64,000 nucleotides of DNA from NCBI GenBank assembly GCA_023515725.1, contig JALDTO010000146.1, positions 62,001 through 126,000 on the forward strand, read 5' to 3'. Below are positions 1-13,620 of the stretch, piece by piece. The notes under the pieces were generated by a model. That model saw only the letters and a program-made list of their open reading frames with translations. It searched no databases and was not told where the DNA came from. Source of the stretch: Amoeboaphelidium protococcarum X5. Lineage: Eukaryota > Fungi > Aphelidiomycota. Within the stretch, counting starts at the first letter, position 1. Every line of letters begins with the position of its first letter. A program made the position numbers and the translations under genes.

Positions 1-232
1 CAGTGGTGGATCGTTCCTGTACGTGTCCTGTGTTCATATTCTACCGGAGATATTCACTAATGATCACAGCGATGGAGTTATTACCTCAGCAGCGGATCAT
101 TAATTGAATAATTTAAGTAACAATAGTAATAACATTAATCAGCGAACGCGATAGTCTAAATGGTGGAACATTATTCTAGTCTTGATTGGAATGTTTGCAC
201 CTATTATCCTCTCTGGTGGTCATTCTCATTGA
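1..232 (+). CDS. ZIP zinc transporter (ZIP9/SLC39A9/Atx2-like), 3' partial
   Basis: Frame 2 reads SGGSFLYVSCVHILPEIF...KWWNIILVLIGMFAPIILSGGHSH*, ending at TGA 230-232. This matches the ZIP9 C-terminus (FSAGTFLYVATVHVLPE...GHxH). Confidence 0.8.
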
Positions 233-386
233 TACTATTATCGCTATTATTGTGAATATCTTGATTTCATATACATTTAGATTAAAGCGAATACTTGAGA
301 CATTTAATAAAAATAGAGATTTTGCGTTGAATTTTCAGATCTTCTTCTCTTTAGCATTGATAGTTATTAGCGGCTGCGTTAAAATA

Positions 387-2450
387 ATGATGAGCTACGT
401 CAGGTTATCAAGAGGTCTTTAAATCTCGAATAGATATTCATTTAATAGATTATAAAATAAGGCTTCTGTTTTAATTGCTGTAAATTAATTAAATGGAAGA
501 CTATTTGCATAAGTGGCCGCGTAAACTAAAAGTAACTTGAAAACGCGCCCACCAATCGTCACCATATTAGGACATATCGATACTGGAAAGACTACTCTGC
601 TGGACACTTTGCGCAAGACTAGTGTTGTAAAGTCGGAGGCTGGTGGAATTACACAGCATATTGGCGCGTTCAGTGTGGATTTACAGTCCGGTGCCAAGAT
701 TACCTTTGTTGATACTCCCGGTCATTAGCTATTCACATCCATGCGTGCTAGAGGTGTTCAGGTGACTGATATCGCCGTTCTCGTGGTGGCTATTAATGAT
801 GGTGTATCCCCTACCACCATAGAGGCTATCAAACACGCCCAGGCAGCGCATGTTCCGATTATAATCGCCCTGAATAAATGTGATCTACCAGGTATAAATA
901 TCGAGCGGTAGAGGGACATGATCTTTCGCCAACTAATGGACCATGATATTGTTGTGGAAGAGTATGGCGGTGATGTACAGGTGGCAGAGATTAGTGCTCT
1001 CAAAGGTCATGGTTTAGATAGATTGGAGGAATGTATCACGACTCTGGCAGAGATTATGGAATTGAAAGCGGACCCCGGTGCTAGATGTGAGGGAGTCGTG
1101 TTGGAATCAAAGCAGGTGAAAGGTAAGGGAACGGTGGCTACTATTCTAGTGCAGTAAGGCACATTATCCACTGGCTCTATTATGGTGTTCTCTAATGGCA
1201 AGTCATGGGTTCGGATCAGGGCGATGCACAATGATAAACTTAAAGTGATCAAATCTGCCGGCCCATCAGCTCCTGTTGAGATTATCGGCGCATGGACTGG
1301 GTAGGACCACGTTATCGCTGGAGATAGTGCATAGTAAGTGGCTACGGAACAGGAAGCTAAATAGCTGCATGATGACTATCTATAGAGGTAGAGGCGCGAC
1401 AAGATGGCCGCCGAAGCCGTGAATGCTTCCAATAATAAATTGGATAGTTCTAGTTTTGAGTATAAGAAATAGCTGTATGATCGTAAAGTTGCGCAGGTAT
1501 AACGATTGAAAATGACCAACAATCGCCCCCAGTATTACCAGAGTCTTCGTGAAGCTCGTGCATTGAAAGAGGAATTAGAACTGATGCAGAAGGATTAGTA
1601 ATCTATCTCTAATAATGGAGTTGATATCAATAGTGGCGTTTCTGCGTAATAAAAAGTCCATGAACTGAATGTAGTTCTCAAGGGAGATGTATATGGATCA
1701 GTTGATGCGGTGCGATATGCTCTAGATACTATGGTGGCTAATGCTAATAAGAAGGCCAGAAATGCGGATGAACAGATTAGCATAAAGATTTTGCATTCAG
1801 CCGTCGGTCCGATAACTCAGTCAGATGTGGACTTACTTGCAGCGACAAAGAATATGAAAAATAGTCGTTTGAATAGCCAAAGTGGTGGTTCATTTAGTAG
1901 TAGAAGTGGATCTCAACTATAATAATCTCAAGCTATTCCAGCTCTGATTGCATTCAATCTTCCATAGCCAAAGCAACTGTCTGCATACATAACGTAACAC
2001 TAGATTCCAGTAATTAGTCACAAAATTATATATAATCTTTTGGATGATGTTAAATAGTTAATTTCAGGTATGCTTAAGCCAGATTACATGTATGATGTGG
2101 TGGGAGAGGCTCGCGTACAAGCCACTTTTAATATTGGTAAGGATAAGGACGTGATTGCCGGATGTAAAGTTATAACAGGTACTCTATACAGGTCACTTTC
2201 GAGTCTGGACGCGTCTCTATCTGATGCAGGTGCTGTATAATCTCAAGCGATCAAGTATAGAGTTTTGCGTAATGATATTAAAGTGTATGAAGGATCACTG
2301 AAATCACTCAAACACCTCAAGAATGATGTTAAACAAGTAACCAATGGCATGGAGTGTGGTGTATTATTTGAACATCGTTTCGAAGGCCCTCTTGTTGGAG
2401 ACATTATATAGTGCATTAAAGAGACTTGTGTGCCAATAAAGATAGATTGA
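387..2450 (+). CDS. IFM1: Mitochondrial translation initiation factor IF2
   Basis: One open frame when TAA/TAG are read as Gln. Motifs [41 protein letters not shown] and C-terminal [22 protein letters not shown] at 2448-2450. Confidence 0.93.
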
Positions 2451-2612
2451 TTTTGTTTATTGCATTTCTAAAGTACAGACAGTTCTTGTTGCAGACTTTG
2501 GTGAGTTAAATTTCTAGAAAGCGGAGCAGTTGATCGCTTTTGGTTTTCTTGCGCTGAGGTGTTCTTTGATCTGTATTTTACCTCAAATCTATAAAATATT
2601 TATCGAGTTTTA

Positions 2613-3056
2613 ATGTCGAGCCAGTAATAGTAGTAATAGTTGACGGAGAAGGAGCAGGCCTTATTTTAGGAAGTATAGAATAAGGCTGCAGAGTTGAAGA
2701 GACTGGCGGCTAAACTCGGGGAACTGGAGACTGAGCGTGATGAACACAAGTAAGTTCTCATTTTATGACCACTTTTTGCTACACATTAATCCGCTATTTA
2801 GTTACCACTTACTACCTTAGCGTATGTATGTAGATTGGTGGTGAATGCACTGAAAGAATTGGAGGCTGAGCGAAAGTGTTATCAACTTCTGAATGGCGTG
2901 TTGGTGCAGCGACGCGTTGGTCAAGTGTTGCCCGTACTGTCAGAGAACGTTGATAACTTTGATCGAATAATCACTCAAATGACCACTTCATACAAAGATA
3001 AAAATGAAGATATGCTCAAGTTTTGCAGAGAGAATCGTATTTAAATCTAGCAGTGA
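2613..3056 (+). CDS. PFDN2: Prefoldin subunit 2; intron 2750-2833
   Basis: MSSQQQQQQLTEKEQ...KLGELETERDEHK|LVVNALKELEAERKCYQLLNGVLVQRRVGQVLPVL. A GTAAGT...ATGTAG intron restores the frame. Confidence 0.88.
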
Positions 3057-3149
3057 TCATGGTCGAGATATAGCTAATATGAAGCATTGTCAAGCCAACG
3101 AATATATAGTTGTTATTATCATTAATATGCTAAAGCAGTATCACTTTAA

Positions 3150-5744
3150 TCAATTGCCTTTCTTCATGGGAGTGTAAAATTATTCTGGTGGACTATTGCT
3201 ACCTTTGTCCATTTACCCGAATACACCTTGTGATTAAGGTCTTTACTTTACAGGAGTAATCGTGACTGAAGATGCAGCAGATGACAATGGTATATCACTA
3301 AGCGGCCGCGTAAAGCTACTGCTGTGACCAAGTGAAGGCCGATTGTTGATATTACTGCCATTCGATCCGCTTTGACCACTAGTAGCATTCTATTCATCCA
3401 GCTTAGATGATATATTGCGCAGAGATTCAGCCAGCAGCAACCTTCCATTCTCCACCATGGGCCCTATGGACTGGAAGCCAATCGACATGAGAGGTCGAGC
3501 TGATCTCATAGCAGCCTTGGTCACTGGCATCAGGAGACCACTCTGATAAAGCACAACGATACTACTGAATACTAGAACCAGTAACACCACAAGCAGCGGG
3601 CTAGACAATATAAACTGCAACGTGGCATATAATTCATTAAAGCCAAGGACGAGGAGAAGCAGCCAAACACCTTTCGGAATCTCACTGAACGATGTCAAAG
3701 CACCGCGTTTAATCTCCAGATATATCATCTACGCATCTTTTACAAATCTCTCTTTAATATCACGCTACCTGCTAGTGGACAGCATAGTCATGCACTACAC
3801 ATCCTCATCAAAATCTGGATCATTCAAAATGTACTCAGCCGAACCATACTATTCCGGCAAAGGCATCTTGGCCAGACGCGTAATAATAAGCTCTGTCTTA
3901 TCTCTAGCTACCAGAAAGTATGGCTCGATATTCTCATTCTGCTGCCATACACGCGGAAGACCATTCTCATCATAACGAAAGTGCTGCTCAAACTTTGATT
4001 TCAATCTTGATAGAAGCATCTAATCAGACAATTCCTCCTTCAATTTGGCCCTGTAATTATCCCAACAATCCTATCTAATCCAATCAATGTACTCTACAAT
4101 CTCCTCTTCACTAGCCTAGAATGGTTGCACTTTTGAGGTGAATTGTCTGCAAGCCTTTTCAACCTGTGATTCTAGAAGAGAATTCATAGATGGCCAAAAG
4201 TCAGTCTCTGAATCAGCAAATTAATCAACCAGGCCATCGGTAATCTGATTACCAACCTGCTTGATAAGTCTCTTGCCCCACTTTTCCATTTCCTCGTGAC
4301 GAATCTTGCTAGATTGCTCCACAATTTCATCATTAAACTACTTCTCATCCTCCGCAACGGACCAGTCAGTACCGCTAAGCACAGCCTCATTGGCCTTTTC
4401 ACTAAACTTGGCCTTGATCTTGTCTTGTGCCTGCATCAGTCCCTGCGCAAAGTGCTCAGAGTCTCCCTTCAAAATCTTGCCAACATCACTCTTAAACTCT
4501 GCAATACAAACCTTATGTAGATTCTTAATCTGCGCAATAAATAGCAGATTCAAAGCACCATTCAACTTGACGGCAAGTTCCTACTTCTTTTTCTGATAAA
4601 CCTCAATATGATAACGACTGGCACTCTTATCAAACTGCTGTATAGTGCTATCTCTAACATCTGACAACTCACTAAATTTATCCAAAACTTGACCACTATT
4701 GACATCCGACTACTTTTACTTGATCTACAGAAGGAAACGTTCGTATTCAACATTCATAATCTCATCGCATCTGTACTGAGCCAAAAGCTGCTGCTGAGTA
4801 GGCAGATCCAAATCTTTACTTCCCACAATCTATTCCCAAACACTATTCATGTAGTGACTATATCCATCAATTGGGATTCCTCTAGCATACTCCGGCTTAA
4901 ACACAGGACTCTCTTGCAACTGCACCTATTACTACTTCGATGAACTAAAGAATCGAGACTACAACTGATTAACACCAACATCGAAAGCTTCCGGCTACAA
5001 TACTTTATGAGGTAGAGCGACAAAATCAAAATCAAAGTAATCACTCAGCTGAGTCTTGTTTGTGGTTTAAGAGTATTTCTAAGTGGCATTCAGCTCTGAC
5101 CATATCTTATCCAGTGACTCCATCATGACTTATTTCAAATCCTCGAGTGGAGTAGTGCCAAGAAAATCTCTAATCACAAATAAAAGGCACGTCTTTGGAG
5201 AATCTGAGCGTTGGAACAGCTGCAAGTTCACCTCAAATACAGTCTTCAATAGTCCAATATTAGCACCATTGTACAGACCGACCATATTCTCCCACAGATT
5301 GACAATGATCACCTCAGCGACAGCAAGACTGAACAGAGCAGAGCGTCTCTCAAACTCTTAATCTTCACCGCGTTCTCTACCATCAGTACCTTCAACATCT
5401 AGCACTAGAATATTCCTTTGTTCAGAAGACGACAGAGCATCAATTTAACCATCTTAAGAGGCACCAACATCAGATCCAGAAGCTTTACTCAACCAAATAC
5501 CCCTAGTAGTCTACTGCCTTCTCTTCTCACTCATCACATCAAAGTGGGTACCAAATAATTTATTCAAAAGTGTACTCTTACCCGTGGACTATGAGCCGAA
5601 TACTGCCACAACGTTGTAATTCAAACCAATGTCATCACCCAAGTGCCACTAGTTCTTAATCACACCGCCCACATTCTAGTTAAATTCTTTATTCTCATTC
5701 ACGATTTACACCTTGTCTTGTACTTGAATTGTCTACTCTGTCAT
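3150..5744 (-). CDS. SEY1: SEY1/RHD3 dynamin-like ER-fusion GTPase
   Basis: [17 protein letters not shown] (Q encoded by TAG), [42 protein letters not shown] and C-terminal TM hairpin [11 protein letters not shown]. About 864 aa. Confidence 0.95.
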
Positions 5745-6847
5745 AATAACTTTGTACTCAAAAAGGCCTCTTTTGATAATACCTATCTATACCTATCAGT
5801 ACTGGATAATTATGGTCAGTCAATGTGCCGTTAGGAAAAGGAAGAGCGCGAGGAGACGAAACAAAATAAATCGAGTCCAGAGAGGAGAGATTAGAACAAC
5901 AACCATTTAAAGACGTACGAAGCTGCCGCAAGTAAGCAGGTGTCTTTCGCTTTGTTGAAACTCTCTTCTCCAAATACCAATAAAAATATGAAAAAAAGAA
6001 TAAACATAAATGTTCAATTTCAATTAAAATGGCTAAAACTATGGCCATGTTTGTCGTACAGTAGATAGTATCGCTCAAAACAAACTCTCAAGGTTCATTT
6101 AATACCTGCGAAATACGCTAGAAAACTAGAGTTTCGACGTTTGAATCAAGTTGGCGGCGCGGTTTGAAGATTTGGACACGCAATATATTGATAATGGCAA
6201 TGAATATGGATTTGATCTGGGTATTGATTACACTGAACGTTTAGATAATTTTAAGTTGGATGACGATAGTGATAAAGTTGTTATAAAACTTACTGACTTC
6301 AGCTAATTATGGTCAAAGATTAATAGTCTGATATTCTCAATGATAGCGATTTTTTAATAATAATTATGATCAATATGATTTTTGAAACTGACGAAGAACT
6401 ATGGGCATTGAGTGACATAATGATTGTTACAAGTGGAAGCGTTCTTTGTGTTCAATGAAGACTGATTATATCGTTTACTGATGGGCATCAACTATATTGT
6501 ATGTATGCTATTTATTCATAGTTTGGAAATGAAATTTAAGCTTAAAGATAACAATTTGTTAGTATTTGATAAATTGTCGCGATATTTTAACTGAGTACTT
6601 CTGCGCCGTGTGTTCATTAGAGGATGTTTACGGTTACTGTGCACTGATATGGCCGAATCGTCCCGTTTTGTTTTCAGCGTGGCGAGTCATTGTACTCCAC
6701 TCGCAAAGGTAGTAGAATACGGCGCGTTAAATCATCCTGGTAAGAATTTATTTATGAATTTGTATTTAGAAATTAGACTTTATTTGACTGGTTAAATGGA
6801 AATATTCACTAAATGCTGAAGCAAGTTATTGCAAGATTTTTAATTGA

Positions 6848-7174
6848 ATGAGGCTTCAAGTACTCTCTCAATAATCTGAGTTCGTGGATACTCTGTAACG
6901 TATCCCTAATCGTCATACTCTACGCGATACGAAGATGGATCTTCTTGCTAAGCTGAAAATCAAAGATGTCGATTTTGAGGCACTAGTAGACAAAACGTCC
7001 TTTATGCCTTGTAGGGAACACGACCAACAATCTGCGTTGATTACTTTTCAAGAGGAGCAGCATCAAGCAAACTCAAGGTTCTGGGACCAATATGAGATTT
7101 AAAGTTTATTGCTTCTCCAGATTACTCTATATTCTTTACTTGATTAGTTTGCCTATCGTTACAAGATTGTCTGA
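6848..7174 (+). CDS. Hypothetical 108-aa ORF, possibly a gene fragment
   Basis: Open ATG to TGA in table 6 (MRLQVLSQQSEFVDTLQRIPN...AYRYKIV*). No recognisable motif; lies in a degenerate patch. Confidence 0.3.
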
Positions 7175-8130
7175 CTATCTATTAAAGTAGACATGTACTT
7201 GCAATTTCTGAAATAATAAATGACTCAAGTCTCATGAAAGTGGTCTCTCTAAAACGCTTCTCGCCCTTTTTGGTATTTAGTAGCAGGAAGTACTGAGTAC
7301 CAATTTTTTTTGTGATGGTATGTTAAGAACTGGAAACAGTATCGAGTCTGTAAAAAGGTGATTTTAAGATTTCGTATAATATTGAATATAAAAAACAATA
7401 CCTAACTGATAGTCTGTCTACTCGGTGATTGGTTATGATTTTTGCTAGAGTGCCTCGGTGGAGTTTAATCTTTATTGCGTTTCACGCAATGTCTGATTAA
7501 ACTTTCCTCTATGTTACTGGCATTGTAATCGGTCCCTATGACATGTGTATTACTTGCCGCGAAGTGTCGACAAGCTAGAGGTTGGAACAGAGAAACGCGT
7601 TAGCAACTGCATAAGTCTACTGAGACAACGCGTGCAAGAGAAGTGTATAAGTAGATTAAAAGTTAAGTTGCTTGCAACTGAAAAATCCTTTTTTTAAAGG
7701 TGGGCAATTTGCCAAATTTGGTCGGAAAGCTTAGTACCTGAAGCTCACCACTGTTACAACAATCACTGGACATCGTAAAGGAGTTCGTGACTATGGATTG
7801 AATTGTCAATATCAGCACTCCAAGTTTATACCAAGACATTAAATTGGTTATCACTCTTATGCTGTTAAATAGTAGCTGGACTACGACTCTTATGATGAAT
7901 TTAGTTGCTGAATGTTGTTGAGAAAGAGAAAAGGAAGAGTCCCAATAGAAGAAGCCTCGCCAAAATCCGCCGCATACTATTCCCATCCTTAATGTTACGT
8001 CTTACACTGCATCTTCCCACCATGAATAGGCTGCTGATGAATTCCTATGAAATAATACTGTTGGATTTGATTAAAATTGTAACGGTGTTAACCTATTTAC
8101 TTGAAATCCAACATTTGTCCCCCTGTAAAA

Positions 8131-8600
8131 ATGAACTATACTTCTAGCAAGGACATGATAATCTTTGATGGTGCCAATTACCATGAATGGCTACATTGTT
8201 TGAAGCTTAACCTACGGGTTCAAGGGCTTGATTTTGTGTTCACGCGCGCTGCAGGCAAGGTCTTGGAGCTATATCCGACGCAAAATGCTTTACTGACTGC
8301 ACAGCTGGAATGCTTCGACAGCACCACGCAGAAGCGCAAGTCATACGCTGCAGCAAAAGAATATTTCTTGCAGGTGGAAAGCATCATTTAGAAGAATGAT
8401 CAAGCAAGTTGGAATCATCTAATAATCGCTAGGCCCTTACTATGAAAGTGTCAGAGCAGTTGACACTGCAACGAAAGTGCTGGACGCAATCAAAATGCAG
8501 TTTGCTCCACCGCCTCTGGCCACTCAAGTAAGACTGGATGAATTGCTGGATTAGCTTAGCTATGATTCCAAAGCTGACCCGCTACATCTATTTAATTAAA
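8131..8600 (+). mobile_element. Degenerate Ty1/copia gag remnant
   Basis: IFDGANYHEWLHCLKLNLRVQGL resembles the copia gag N-terminal motif. After a frameshift near 8440, YESVRAVDTATKVLDAIKMQF resembles the UBN2-type 'TAKEVWDALK' helix. No pol region follows. Confidence 0.65.
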
Positions 8601-8832
8601 AGATCTGTGTCACTTACTTATGAAGTTAGCAATACATAAGCACAGAATTAAATTGAATTTGCAACTATATGAATCAACAATACGAGTTCACTATGCCCTT
8701 GTAGATCGTGTTCACTTTCAGTGTTTCCTTTCTGTCGTGCGACCAAGTGTCGTTACTCTCCGTTTGACTTTCTCCAAATTTTAAATTTCATCGTTTTCGC
8801 ATAAATTCACGTTTAAAGGTCAATATTGTTAC

Positions 8833-10007
8833 ATGAACGACTTAAATAAGATGAATCGCGTTGGAGATTATGAGATTTTATAAAAGATTGGCGAGGGAAC
8901 TTTTGGGTAAGTGGATATGGGATGTAATGCTAAACGCTTGATGACAGTGATATTTGATAGTGTAGACAAGTGTTCAAGGCCAAGAAGGGAGATTAAATCT
9001 TTGCTATTAAAAAGTTGATCTTGCCATATGAGTAGTAGTAGTAAGATGCGCATTTGAGATAGAAGTTGGAGCAGGAGGGAATACCGCTGATCACGTACAG
9101 AGAGACTAAATTGCTAAAGTTGCTCAATCATGTTAATCTCATATCTCTTCTGGATACAGTTTTTATACGAGAATAGTAACAACAGGCTAAAGAAGCAGAT
9201 GCAGATGAGCAAGATGATTAGAAGAAGAGCAGCGGTAAAAAGTGGGAACGCGCCACCATGTTCTACGTCTTCCCTTGTATGGACCATGACTTGGCTGGGT
9301 TGATTGAGAATAGGTAGGTTCACTTGACTGAAGCTGTGATCAAGTGTTATCTGGTACAAATACTTCGCGGTGTTAGATTTCTGCATTTCAACAGTATCAT
9401 CCATAGAGATTTGAAGCCAGCGAATCTACTGTTGAATAATGAAGGAATTCTGAAGATTTCTGATTTTGGTCTTGCGCGTCCTCTGGATCGTGAACGTAGC
9501 GGTAAATACACACCAAATGTGGTCACTAGATGGTATCGGGCACCGGAGCTGTGTATGGGCAGCACTGATTACAACACTAAAATTGACGTGTGGTCGGTGG
9601 GATGCATCTTTGGTGAAATGATTCTGAGGCGACCTATTCTTATGGGCACCACAGATGTGGACTAGATATGGAAGATACTGTAGTTGTGCGGTACACCTCA
9701 AGATTATGGATTGGACGCGTATCATGGCTGGCGAGAGTTGCCTGTTGTCAAAGAGTTCAATGTGCCAAATTATCCATCGACATTACACAATACATTTGGT
9801 CATTGTAGTAGATCTTGTATATAGCTAATGTCAGAATTCCTCAAGTTGAACCCGATCGCCAGGATATCAGCAGACTTGGCTCTAGATCATGATTATCTAT
9901 GGCAAGATCCTCTGCCAGCTGAACCATCACTACTTCCCAAGTACGATTCCAGTCTAGAATACAATACATAGAAAGCACAAGAGAGAAGAAACTATCAGAA
10001 TGCATGA
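8833..10007 (+). CDS. Cyclin-dependent kinase, CDK9/Bur1-like; intron 8907-8965
   Basis: GEGTFG|QVFKA, AIKKL, EGIPLITYRE (PITALRE position), PCMDHDLAGLIEN, HRDLKPANLL, DFGLAR, YTPNVVTRWYRAPEL. Confidence 0.85.
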
Positions 10008-10101
10008 TATGTGGCGTAAAGTGTATCAATCTAATATCTATTTTATAATCTGTTCGTACTATCATACATACAACAACTCAAATTTTTGATTTTCATATAT
10101 A

Positions 10102-11460
10102 TCAAGCAAGAGCAGCTTTACGCTTGATAAGAGTTTCAATCTCGGATGCCAACTGTCTATCGCGTCTAGATACTAGAGCAGTAGCTTTACCTTCCTACCT
10201 GATCGATGGTGTTAATCGAGCCGTTCTGCCAACTCTGTGTAAATAGTCTGCAGCGCTTTATGGAAAATCATACATAATAACGTGCCTAGCTGCCAGCGTG
10301 TTAATACCTCTTGATGCAATGTCAGTGCATATCAAAGTATTCAACGATCCCTGTTCAAAATGCTTAATCGCCATAAATCTATCATCTCTTTCAACTTTGG
10401 AATGGATCGACTGCATTTTATCCGCACCGCCATTCAAATCGGTAAATACATCATGACTACTGAGCCAAGACTACAATGACCGGCAACTGGCCAAGGTGTT
10501 GCAGAAGATCAGCGTCGGGCAATCTTTAGGTGGAAGTTCTGTGAGCACGCGCAGTAAAGTCTACTATTTATTGTCACCATGACCATCCAGGTGAATGAAT
10601 CTTTATCGCAGCGCTGGTACAGTCTTGTGAAGTCTTGGAGATGCAATTTTCAATATATTATCTCCAAATTCATCATCCAACTACTTATCTAAAGCTTTAG
10701 GAATTGTGGCACTTGAGAATATAAACTGACACTTCTTGCGCGTATCATTCGCTTTAATCGAGTCAATGAGAGATTTGATATCAACAGCGAAATCTTTATC
10801 CATCATTGTGTCAGCTTCATCTACTACTAGACACTAAAGATCATTCAGTTAGATCATCTTATCTTGCAAATAGTATTTCAATTTAATCGGCGTAGTAACC
10901 ACAATATCAAAACACCCATCAAAGTCGCGTTTATTCTATGGCTTACGATCTAGAATAGACTCTACGCGTATTTTAGCATGATGACCAATCTACTTGACGG
11001 TCTATGTTACCTAATGAACTAGCTCTTTACTGGGCACGACTATTAACACTCTTGGTCGCCGTATCAGTCGCAGAAAACCATCAACTTCCTCCTACTGCTT
11101 CAACTGATTGATGAGAGGAAGCAGATACGTCAACGTCTTTCCACTGCTAGTTTCTGCAGCCAACAGAACATTTCGCCTCTTCAATATCTCCGGGATAGCT
11201 AAAATCTAAATGGCAGTAGGCTTCTTCAGGCCCATAGAATCTACAGCGGACATAATATCTGATCTGAGACCGAAATCCTTAAACGAGCCCGCCTTCACTT
11301 GGTTCTTTACCGTCTTGTAATCATTTCTAATCACATTATCACTCCTATCCACAGTCAGTTTTTGCAAAGTAAATCTAGAAGACTTGCTAGCGAGATTATT
11401 AACGCGTTAATGCACCTAGCGCACCTGATTGTATGCACATTACTGATACTGTTTGAGCAT
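10102..11460 (-). CDS. DEAD-box RNA helicase, probably mitochondrial MRH4/DDX28-like
   Basis: Q-motif PTAIQ (Q encoded by TAG), [31 protein letters not shown], plus a basic N-terminal leader. About 452 aa. Confidence 0.85.
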
Positions 11461-11717
11461 TTTGCGCTGTTTTCCTTATTTTCTCTACCAGCAACTTTGA
11501 AGCGGGCGACTAAACTGTAATGACACGTCCCGTCTTGAATTCAATTCCACTCGATGTCGCTTTGACCAGAAAGTTGCGCGTAAATTTCAACCTTGATCAA
11601 CCTTAACGCGAACGATTTTCTTCTGAGAATTTACGATAATTTGGCCCCGATTTAGATTAATTTTACCAATTCATCTGTATAAGCAATCGTTTACCATTAT
11701 AAATATTGAAATCTAAA

Positions 11718-12092
11718 ATGAGTGAGAAATTAAAGGCTTATGAATTGCGCTCCAAGACGAAGGAGGAACTTATGAAATAGTTGGAGGACCTGAAGAGAGA
11801 AATCAACACTCTACGCGTCCAGAAAGCTTCCTCAAATAACAACTAGAAGTCTACCGCTATCTCTGTGGTGCGCAAGAACATTGCTCGTGTTCTCACTGTT
11901 ATCACGCAGAAGTAGAGAGAAGCTCTGAAGGAGGAGTACAAGGGTAAGAAGTATCTCCCTCTGGACATGAGATTCAAGAAGACTAGAGCATTGAGAAGAG
12001 CTCTGACCAAGTAGCAGCTGAACAAGAAGACTGAGAAGGAGATGAAGAAGTTGCGTCAATACCCAGTCAGAAAGTATGCTGTGTTGGCATGA
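11718..12092 (+). CDS. RPL35: 60S ribosomal protein L35 (uL29)
   Basis: [26 protein letters not shown]...[13 protein letters not shown]...[23 protein letters not shown]...[10 protein letters not shown]. Confidence 0.97.
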
Positions 12093-12169
12093 GCGTGTGA
12101 TTGCTATTGACAAATATATACATAGTATCTCTCATATTATCGAATTTGTTATTATGGCGTTTATCACAT

Positions 12170-13471
12170 TCATTAGCTTATCATTTGAATGATGTGTGCA
12201 GATTTTGAGTTTTGACTGAACTTTTGCTGGAGTATATCTTCCAGCATGATGACTCTTGAATTGCTCATTATTTACTTCTTGTTACTATTGTTGTTATTGC
12301 GCATTAATAGTAAAATCTAATGCAGCAGAGTTGTCAACTTTTCATCTCCACCTTTGATCAACGCGTCGCTCACATTCCTACATCAGTTATTAACGCTTGA
12401 CTTTAAACTGGTCATGAATCATGTCTTTTTATAAACTTACTGTAGTACATCATTATAATAATCTTTGTTTAACTCTTTGATCAGTTTTGTGAGTACCTCG
12501 ATCAAATATTTGTCTACATTGGCGCGTATGAAATGCATACATATAGTCATTCTCTTGAATACCACTTACTCGACTTTAACTCGCCATCTTGCAGGCATTA
12601 CGTACTCAATACTTCAATAAAAACAGGCGGTTCTTGCTGCATTACAAAGCGTAAACAGTCAAGCATAACTCTATCACAACTCTTATGTAGACTCTTGAAG
12701 TATGGAATTAGAATTGTGGATAGAATGTCCACCAGGCCAGTGAATGAGCTGTACTTGGTATCTTGAAACGCCGCTCTTACGACATGATTGATTGAATTAG
12801 AATCCACACTAGATGGTTCATTATGCAATTGAACTTGAAGTTTATGCACCATTGGAGTCAGTTCGGTGTAAACTTGTTCATTCTATGGCTCTATGACGCG
12901 TTAAAGTTTTTCAACCAGCTACTCTTAATTGGGATTTAAATCGGAATTACAACCATAGAAACCTTGTGCAGTTCTCATGTATAAAGAGCCTTCACTTTTT
13001 AAATAAACGATATTGACGGAATCTCGAATGACATGCCCAAAATCGACATTATTACACTTCGAAAGCTACAAACCATTGATCCCATCAGGCTCTTATTACT
13101 ACGACTAGTCGCCAGATATCATCGCAAGCTGTTACAACAACATTTAATTCTTCACGAATGGACGCACCTTCTCAGCTAAATTGCATAAATCTTGTTGGAA
13201 TGTGCCATTAAATTAAAGATTAACTAGGTACAGATTATTTAGAATTTTACATTGAAGGAATAAGCTCAATGCATTAAAATTGTACAATCTACAGCATACA
13301 ATAATAGACTTAGAAATCCATCTCTAAATGCAAGTACATTACTTACTTGTTGGATGAGTGAGGCAATTGTAGTTCTAACAAAAGCCTTTACGTAGTTTTT
13401 AATCTGAGATTTATAGGTGTATGCTCATTTTATAACAATTCCAAATCTTGTTCTAATCGCACTTTATCCAT
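12170..13471 (-). CDS. Hypothetical helical protein (about 390 aa); introns 13289-13346 and 12378-12440
   Basis: Open in table 6 after removing two GTAAGT...TGTAG introns. No family recognised. Confidence 0.65.
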
Positions 13472-13620
13472 ATTGACTTCAGTGTGTTTACTTGAGCATT
13501 TCTGAAACGCGATTGGACGGCCACTCGCTCAGAGAAGCTCCTTTGATCAGTAACGCAAACTTCGCAAATCATTAATATTCCTATATTCTAATCCAATAAC
13601 GCTTATTTGCTGACTGAAGT

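Noticed and set aside
387-2450. Bacterial infB, suggesting contamination or HGT
   Set aside because: It has an N-terminal targeting-like leader, uses TAR=Gln and is flanked by eukaryotic genes. It is the nuclear-encoded mitochondrial IF2.
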